Source: Chitinophaga pinensis
Lineage (GTDB): Bacteria > Bacteroidota > Bacteroidia > 2-12-FULL-35-15
Assembly: GCA_945885475.1 (NCBI GenBank)
Contig: CAMCYR010000009.1
Location: 16,062 to 80,061, forward strand
Reading direction: 5' to 3'
Length of the DNA: 64,000 nt
Each line of letters opens with the position of its first letter. Position 1 is the first letter of the stretch. A program made the translations under genes and the position numbers. This document shows, piece after piece, positions 59,503-64,000 of this stretch. The notes below the pieces were generated by a model. That model saw only the letters and a list, made by a program, of their open reading frames with translations, searched no databases and was not told the origin of the DNA.

Positions 59503-62316
59503 ATGAAAAAATTAGCTCTTATTTTTTCGCTTTTTCTTGTGTGCTCATCCGCCTTTGCTCAAAAAAGTAATCATCCGGATTTAAAAAAACTAAGTAAAGA
59601 CGAATTACAACTATCTGAAAATGCAGAATACTTTTACAATGAGCAAAACTATCTGAGAGCTTTACCCTTATTCATTGACCTAATGACGGCTCATCCTGAA
59701 GATTTATATTTTAAATTAAGATCAGGCCTCTGTTATCTAAAGAAAAGTGATGAAAAAAATAAATCAATTTTATTATTTAAAGAGGTTCAACAATCAGATC
59801 CACTAAACCCGGAAATAAATTTTTATTTAGGACGAGCTTACCATTTAAATTACGAATTTGAATCAGCGATCAACACACTAAATAAATATCTGGAACAAAA
59901 ACCTGCACCTTCAGTTAACCAGCAATTATTAGCCAAACGCTACATAGAAAATAGTAAAAATGCGAAAGTTTTCGTGGGACTAAATGTAAGATGTGACATT
60001 ACAAATATTGATGATGGAATAAATACAGAACACCAAGAATATGTACCAGTAATCTCTTCCGATGAATCTGTTTTAATTTTCACTTACATGGGTCCCCAAA
60101 GTACAGGTGGACTGATGGATGCTGAATTCAAGCCAGATCCCAATGGTAATTATTATGAGGATGTATTCATTGCACATCGAGTTGGCGAACACTGGCTTAC
60201 TCCAGAGAATATCGGAGCCAATATCAACACAAAAAATCATGATGCAAGTATCGCATTATCTTCTGACGGTCAAAAGTTATTTATTTTTCATAGTACCGTA
60301 AAAGATGGCGGTGACATTTATATGAGTACATTAAAAGGGAATGTATGGGGAGTAGCGGTTGCATTAGGACCGAACATAAATACAAAATACTGGGAAGGAA
60401 GTTGTTCCATATCTGCCGATGAACAGACATTGTATTTTGCAAGTGAGCGTCCAGGTGGATCAGGCGGTAAAGATATTTACATAAGTAAAAAAATGCCTGA
60501 CGGCAGCTGGGGGAAAGCAGAGAATCTTGGACCGGATATCAATACATCAGAGAATGAAGACTCCCCATTTATTCATCCTGACGGAATTACACTTTTTTTT
60601 AGTTCAGAAGGACATAATAGTATTGGCGGATATGATATCATGTATTCTACAAATAAGGATGGCAAATGGGGAACCATTACAAATATCGGACATCCTATCA
60701 ACACAACTGAAGACGAACGGTTTTACGTATTAACTGCTGACGGAGAACACGGTTATTATTCATCGGACATGAAAGGCGGAAAAGGGCAACAAGATATTTA
60801 CGCTGTTACTCCTGGATTTTTCGGAGAAAAACCAATTCTTGCTCTGTTAGTAGGAACCGTTTTTGCAAACGATCAAGCGGTTGACGCCACCATAAATGTA
60901 ACGGATGCTGAAACGGGCAAAAAACAAGGAACATATCACTCAAACTCATCAAGTGGTAAATATTTGATTGCTCTAACCCCGGGGACCAATTACAAAGTAG
61001 CCATCGAAGTAGAAGGTTATGAGGCACAGATCCAATATATAAATGTGAAAAGTCTGGAGACATTTGTTCAGATAGAAAAAGATTTTAAATTCTTTTCCGA
61101 TGATTATAAAAAAGAAAACGGGATTACAGCTGTAAAAGATTCAACTAATCTTATTCAGCTGCAAATTAATGATCAGATCGGAAAATACAATGAAGAACGC
61201 AAAGCGGAAGTTTATGAAGCGCGCGTTTACCGAGATATAATCAGAAAATACGGAGAGACGAAGAAAGAATGTGTTTCGTATCTTTTAGAATTAGGAACAT
61301 ATGAAAAAGCCAGCGATTTTAATCCTGAAAAAGTAATAACTTTAGGTGACATTCAGGAACGTAAAGATTCCTTAGGAACAACATTCTATTTTGCAGGATA
61401 CGCTACATTATTAGATGCTGAAATTTTCAAATATAAAGTAATCGATAAAGATACATCCTTAAAAAATGTAATTGTTACCGTAAATGATTGCAATAAAAGA
61501 AAACTAGTGCAGCAATATTATGACTATGAATATACCAGAAAAGATTATACTGCACCTACTAAAACGAAAGTAATAAAAGAACAAAAAGGACTTATTGCAT
61601 TAAATACAGGAAAAGTAGAAACAAACATTGTAAAAGACGAAGGCAAAACCGAAATATCGGGCCTTAGTTATAAATTAGAAGTCGGTTCTGTAGATAATCC
61701 TAATGATTTTAAATTTAAATCATTAAGTAAATACGGGAAGATCGAAAGCAAACAATACCCCGATGGAAAAACCCGCTATACAATGGGACCATTCAAAACC
61801 TTGGCTGAAGCGGAAGCCTTCAAGAAAATGATTATCGAAAAAGACCCTGCAGCTGCTGAATCGTTTGTTACGGTATTCTTTTTCGGTGTTCGTAAAACAT
61901 TGGAAGAATATAACAATCCTTGCAACCCAAATGCCCCAACAGATTTTTCTGCTTTTATTGGAAAAGACCTGAACGACAAAACTATTTATAACAATTTAAT
62001 TACAATGGCAGGGAATAATTGTGCGGAAGGTTTATTATTTAAAGTTCAGATCGGTGCGTATCGCAAGCCACAAAACTTTAAATACAAAAACTTAAATAAA
62101 CTGGAACCACCTTCAGCATTAGTAAGTCCTTATCCGGATGGAATTACACGTTTTACAATGCGAGAATTCAATACAATTAAAGATGCCGAAGCATTCCGAC
62201 AAGAGTGTATTCGTTTAGGAACAGCAGATGCCTGGATAACTGCTTTCTACAATGGAAACAGAATGTTGTTGCAAGAGTTGATCGCAAACAATTTCTTTAA
62301 TAGAAAGATTAATTAA
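59503..62316 (+). CDS. Secreted TPR + PD40 (TolB-like beta-propeller) protein with Ig-like/CarboxypepD_reg-like domain and two C-terminal SPOR-like peptidoglycan-binding repeats
   Basis: 937 aa; signal peptide; TPR N-terminus; PD40 repeats 'DASIALSSDGQKLFIF...GGDIYMS', 'EGSCSISADEQTLYFASERPGGSGGKDIYIS', 'EDSPFIHPDGITLFFSS'; C-terminal 'YKLEVGSV...TRYTMGPFKTLAEAEAF' and 'FKVQIGAYRKP...TRFTMREFNTIKDAEAF' SPOR-like. Confidence 0.7.
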   Translation: MKKLALIFSLFLVCSSAFAQKSNHPDLKKLSKDELQLSENAEYFYNEQNYLRALPLFIDLMTAHPEDLYFKLRSGLCYLKKSDEKNKSILLFKEVQQSDPLNPEINFYLGRAYHLNYEFESAINTLNKYLEQKPAPSVNQQLLAKRYIENSKNAKVFVGLNVRCDITNIDDGINTEHQEYVPVISSDESVLIFTYMGPQSTGGLMDAEFKPDPNGNYYEDVFIAHRVGEHWLTPENIGANINTKNHDASIALSSDGQKLFIFHSTVKDGGDIYMSTLKGNVWGVAVALGPNINTKYWEGSCSISADEQTLYFASERPGGSGGKDIYISKKMPDGSWGKAENLGPDINTSENEDSPFIHPDGITLFFSSEGHNSIGGYDIMYSTNKDGKWGTITNIGHPINTTEDERFYVLTADGEHGYYSSDMKGGKGQQDIYAVTPGFFGEKPILALLVGTVFANDQAVDATINVTDAETGKKQGTYHSNSSSGKYLIALTPGTNYKVAIEVEGYEAQIQYINVKSLETFVQIEKDFKFFSDDYKKENGITAVKDSTNLIQLQINDQIGKYNEERKAEVYEARVYRDIIRKYGETKKECVSYLLELGTYEKASDFNPEKVITLGDIQERKDSLGTTFYFAGYATLLDAEIFKYKVIDKDTSLKNVIVTVNDCNKRKLVQQYYDYEYTRKDYTAPTKTKVIKEQKGLIALNTGKVETNIVKDEGKTEISGLSYKLEVGSVDNPNDFKFKSLSKYGKIESKQYPDGKTRYTMGPFKTLAEAEAFKKMIIEKDPAAAESFVTVFFFGVRKTLEEYNNPCNPNAPTDFSAFIGKDLNDKTIYNNLITMAGNNCAEGLLFKVQIGAYRKPQNFKYKNLNKLEPPSALVSPYPDGITRFTMREFNTIKDAEAFRQECIRLGTADAWITAFYNGNRMLLQELIANNFFNRKIN

Positions 62317-62575
62317 AAATCAAAAAGGCCCGAATGATTCGGACCTTTATTAGTTGATTCGATAAGATGTTCAGATCGGAATCCCAAGTATGGGTGATGT
62401 CGATACAAACACTTACCAAACCGTTAGTGGCATTCAGCACAGATGGAGTTAATCCTGAAACATTCAATAAAAAATCATTATTTAAACCATCGTCAGAGGT
62501 GGCTCCACCTGTACCTGAAAAAGTTTGAGAAAAACTATTTAAAGAAGTAAGGAAAAAACAGAGATAGTAAGGCAT
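62309..62575 (-). pseudogene. Possible remnant of a proprotein-convertase P-domain protein (fragment only)
   Basis: 88-aa ORF; 'SGTGGATSDDGLNNDFLLNVSGLTPSVLNATNGLVSVCIDITHTWDSDLNILS' resembles P-domain core 'V.V.I.HT..GDL.I.L' but truncated; no signal peptide, overlaps neighbouring gene and terminator. Confidence 0.2.
62327..62352 (+). terminator. Weak candidate terminator hairpin (gcccgaa-tga-ttcgg(a)c) followed by T-rich tract
   Basis: Read directly after stop of 59503..62316 gene. Confidence 0.3.
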
Positions 62576-62652
62576 TATTCATTTCACAATACAGATTTCA
62601 ACTAAAAAAAATCTACATTAAAACGATAACTTAACAAACCTCTAAAATATAA

Positions 62653-62838
62653 TTAACAAATGATTTCCTGAACCCGCCCAACCTGCCTTGAATCCAGCGT
62701 TACCTTTATACCTCTGGAATGAAACGGTGCGCTGGTAAGAATCCATTGCACCTTACCACGTGTCCGTTTTCCGGTACGCTGATCTTTTTTCAAAACAATA
62801 TCCACCACCTGTCCTAAGGCGATATTCGCGCGAAACAT
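62653..62838 (-). CDS. YwbE-family small protein (TIGR03833/DUF2196-like)
   Basis: 'FRANIALGQVVDIVLKKDQRTGKRTRGKVQWILTSAPFHSRGIKVTLDSRQVGRVQEII'; start uncertain (Met at 62838, 62868 or 62904). Confidence 0.6.
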   Translation of the reverse strand: MFRANIALGQVVDIVLKKDQRTGKRTRGKVQWILTSAPFHSRGIKVTLDSRQVGRVQEIIC

Positions 62839-62921
62839 ATTGGGTGTATGCGGGGTATTTAAATTCATTGACATTAGCACAAAATTAATTATATTTGGAT
62901 GCACGTTGCAATTTTTATTTT

Positions 62922-64000
62922 ATGAAAAAAATAGTTTTATTGATAATTACATTCTTTCTTTTAGCCGATGCATTCTCGCAGGGAACTATGAAGGTTCGCA
63001 AGTGGCGCAAAACGGAAAAAGATTCACTTTTGAAAGCGCAAATGCTGTTTCAGGAAGAAAACTATCTTTTGGCATTACCTATTTTCGATAAACTGACACA
63101 AAATCACCCGAAAGAATTATACTTAAAATATGTCACAGGAATATCCGGATTATACCGCAGCGATATGCACGAAAAAGCACTTGAATTTTTAATGGAAGTA
63201 TATTCAAAAAATAAAAAGGCCGCTGATATTCCTTATGACCTTGCGAGAGCCTATCATTTCAATTATAAATTTGATGAAGCTTTGGTGATGCTTAGCGCGT
63301 ATTTAGCAGGTAAAAAACTTACTGAAAAGCAAAGAAAAGATGCCGAACAATTGAGTGAATATTGCAACAATGCAAAAATATTAGTTGCGTCCCCTGTTGA
63401 TGTAAAAATAGAAAATATTGGAGATATCATTAATACTGTTGCTTCAGAATATGTTCCAGTAATTTCTTCCGATGAAAGTGTAATGATTTTTACCTACACA
63501 GGCGATCAAAGTTTTGGTGGACTGCAAGACGGCTTCAACCAACCTGATAGTTTTGGAATTTATTATGAGGACGTTTTTATAAGTCATAAGGAAAATGGAA
63601 AATGGCTTACTCCTTCTACAATTGGGACAAATATCAATACAAATACACATGACGCGGCAATAGCCATTTCAAATAACGGACAAAAATTATTTGTATTCAA
63701 AGATGATCGTTATGATGGCGGTGACATCTACATCAGCACGCTCGATAGTTCAAATTGGTCAACAGCTGAAAGAATAAAGGGAGATGTCAATACGGCTGCA
63801 TGGGAAGGAAGCGCTTCTCTTTCTGCAGATGAAAAAACACTCTATTTTTCTAGTGAGCGTCCAGGTGGCTATGGAGGACGTGATCTTTATCAGGCAAGTA
63901 TGCTAGCGGACGGAACTTGGGGTTATGTTAAAAATCTTGGACTAACAGTAAACACTCCTCGTGATGACGATGCACCATTTATTCATCCAGATGGAAAAAC
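62922..64000 (+). CDS. Paralog of the TPR + PD40 protein at 59503 (5' partial; runs off window end)
   Basis: Open frame from ATG 62922 to window end not in ORF track (no stop); translation 'MKKIVLLIITFFLLADAFSQ...EYVPVISSDESVMIFTYTGDQS...GDIYIS...EGSASLSADEKTLYFSSERPGGYGGRDLY...DAPFIHPDGK' parallels 59503 protein motif-for-motif. Confidence 0.75.
   Translation, partial: MKKIVLLIITFFLLADAFSQGTMKVRKWRKTEKDSLLKAQMLFQEENYLLALPIFDKLTQNHPKELYLKYVTGISGLYRSDMHEKALEFLMEVYSKNKKAADIPYDLARAYHFNYKFDEALVMLSAYLAGKKLTEKQRKDAEQLSEYCNNAKILVASPVDVKIENIGDIINTVASEYVPVISSDESVMIFTYTGDQSFGGLQDGFNQPDSFGIYYEDVFISHKENGKWLTPSTIGTNINTNTHDAAIAISNNGQKLFVFKDDRYDGGDIYISTLDSSNWSTAERIKGDVNTAAWEGSASLSADEKTLYFSSERPGGYGGRDLYQASMLADGTWGYVKNLGLTVNTPRDDDAPFIHPDGK

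Noticed and set aside
62840-63091. 83-aa plus-strand ORF from the track
   Set aside because: It is out of frame with the well-supported TPR/PD40 paralog that begins at ATG 62922 and runs to the window end, and overlaps it. It also overlaps the YwbE-like gene start region.
1-64000. tRNA, rRNA and riboswitch scan
   Set aside because: No T-loop-like GTTCGAATC/GTTCAAATC motifs with matching acceptor stems were seen in intergenic regions. No rRNA-like conserved blocks were seen. No purine/ZTP riboswitch-like elements were recognised upstream of purL. A covariance-model scan would be needed to be definitive.

Overview
This is a 64-kb chromosomal segment of about 38 % GC, densely coding on both strands. 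The gene content points to a Bacteroidota genome: three or four type IX secretion (T9SS) C-terminal sorting domains of type A, one of type B, a PorP/SprF gene, a 'four helix bundle' gene and TTG start codons. I found no rRNA, tRNA or CRISPR features.

**Left part (1–16 kb).** A glycosyltransferase family 1 gene overlaps a topoisomerase III gene. Next come a secreted cyclophilin, a YkoF-like protein and a small lipoprotein. These are followed by a 1017-aa T9SS-secreted peptidoglycan amidase of the PGRP/amidase_2 type. After malate:quinone oxidoreductase and an FMN-glutamate-synthase-family protein sits a minus-strand operon: TPR protein, a 188-aa T9SS type-B-CTD protein, PorP/SprF, then MtgA.

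**Centre (16.6–32.9 kb).** This is the most unusual block. A beta-propeller/Y_Y_Y sensor fused to a PP2C (SpoIIE-type) phosphatase is followed by three consecutive T9SS cargo genes of 1080, 2443 and 820 aa. They are built from a shared toolkit of SprB repeats, PKD domains, SBBP or beta-propeller repeats, two short Cys-containing modules, and type-A CTDs. The 2443-aa gene contains about 21 tandem ~240-bp units that are near-identical at the nucleotide level, with a higher-order period of roughly 1.4 kb.

**Right part (33–64 kb).** This part holds purL, a membrane protein, a CAT-like amino-acid permease, an SDR, a lipoprotein amidohydrolase and an outer-membrane barrel. Further on are a nitronate-monooxygenase-like gene, fadD and a TMTC-like TPR membrane protein. 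A MarR-led beta-oxidation operon (fadB–fadA–acyl-CoA dehydrogenase) lies beyond these. It is preceded by a 20-bp perfect palindrome and interrupted by a four-helix-bundle gene flanked by perfect 12-bp inverted repeats. The window ends with ogt, two methyltransferases, threonine aldolase, and two tandem paralogs with TPR, PD40 and SPOR-like domains. Between those paralogs sit a YwbE-like gene and a P-domain remnant.
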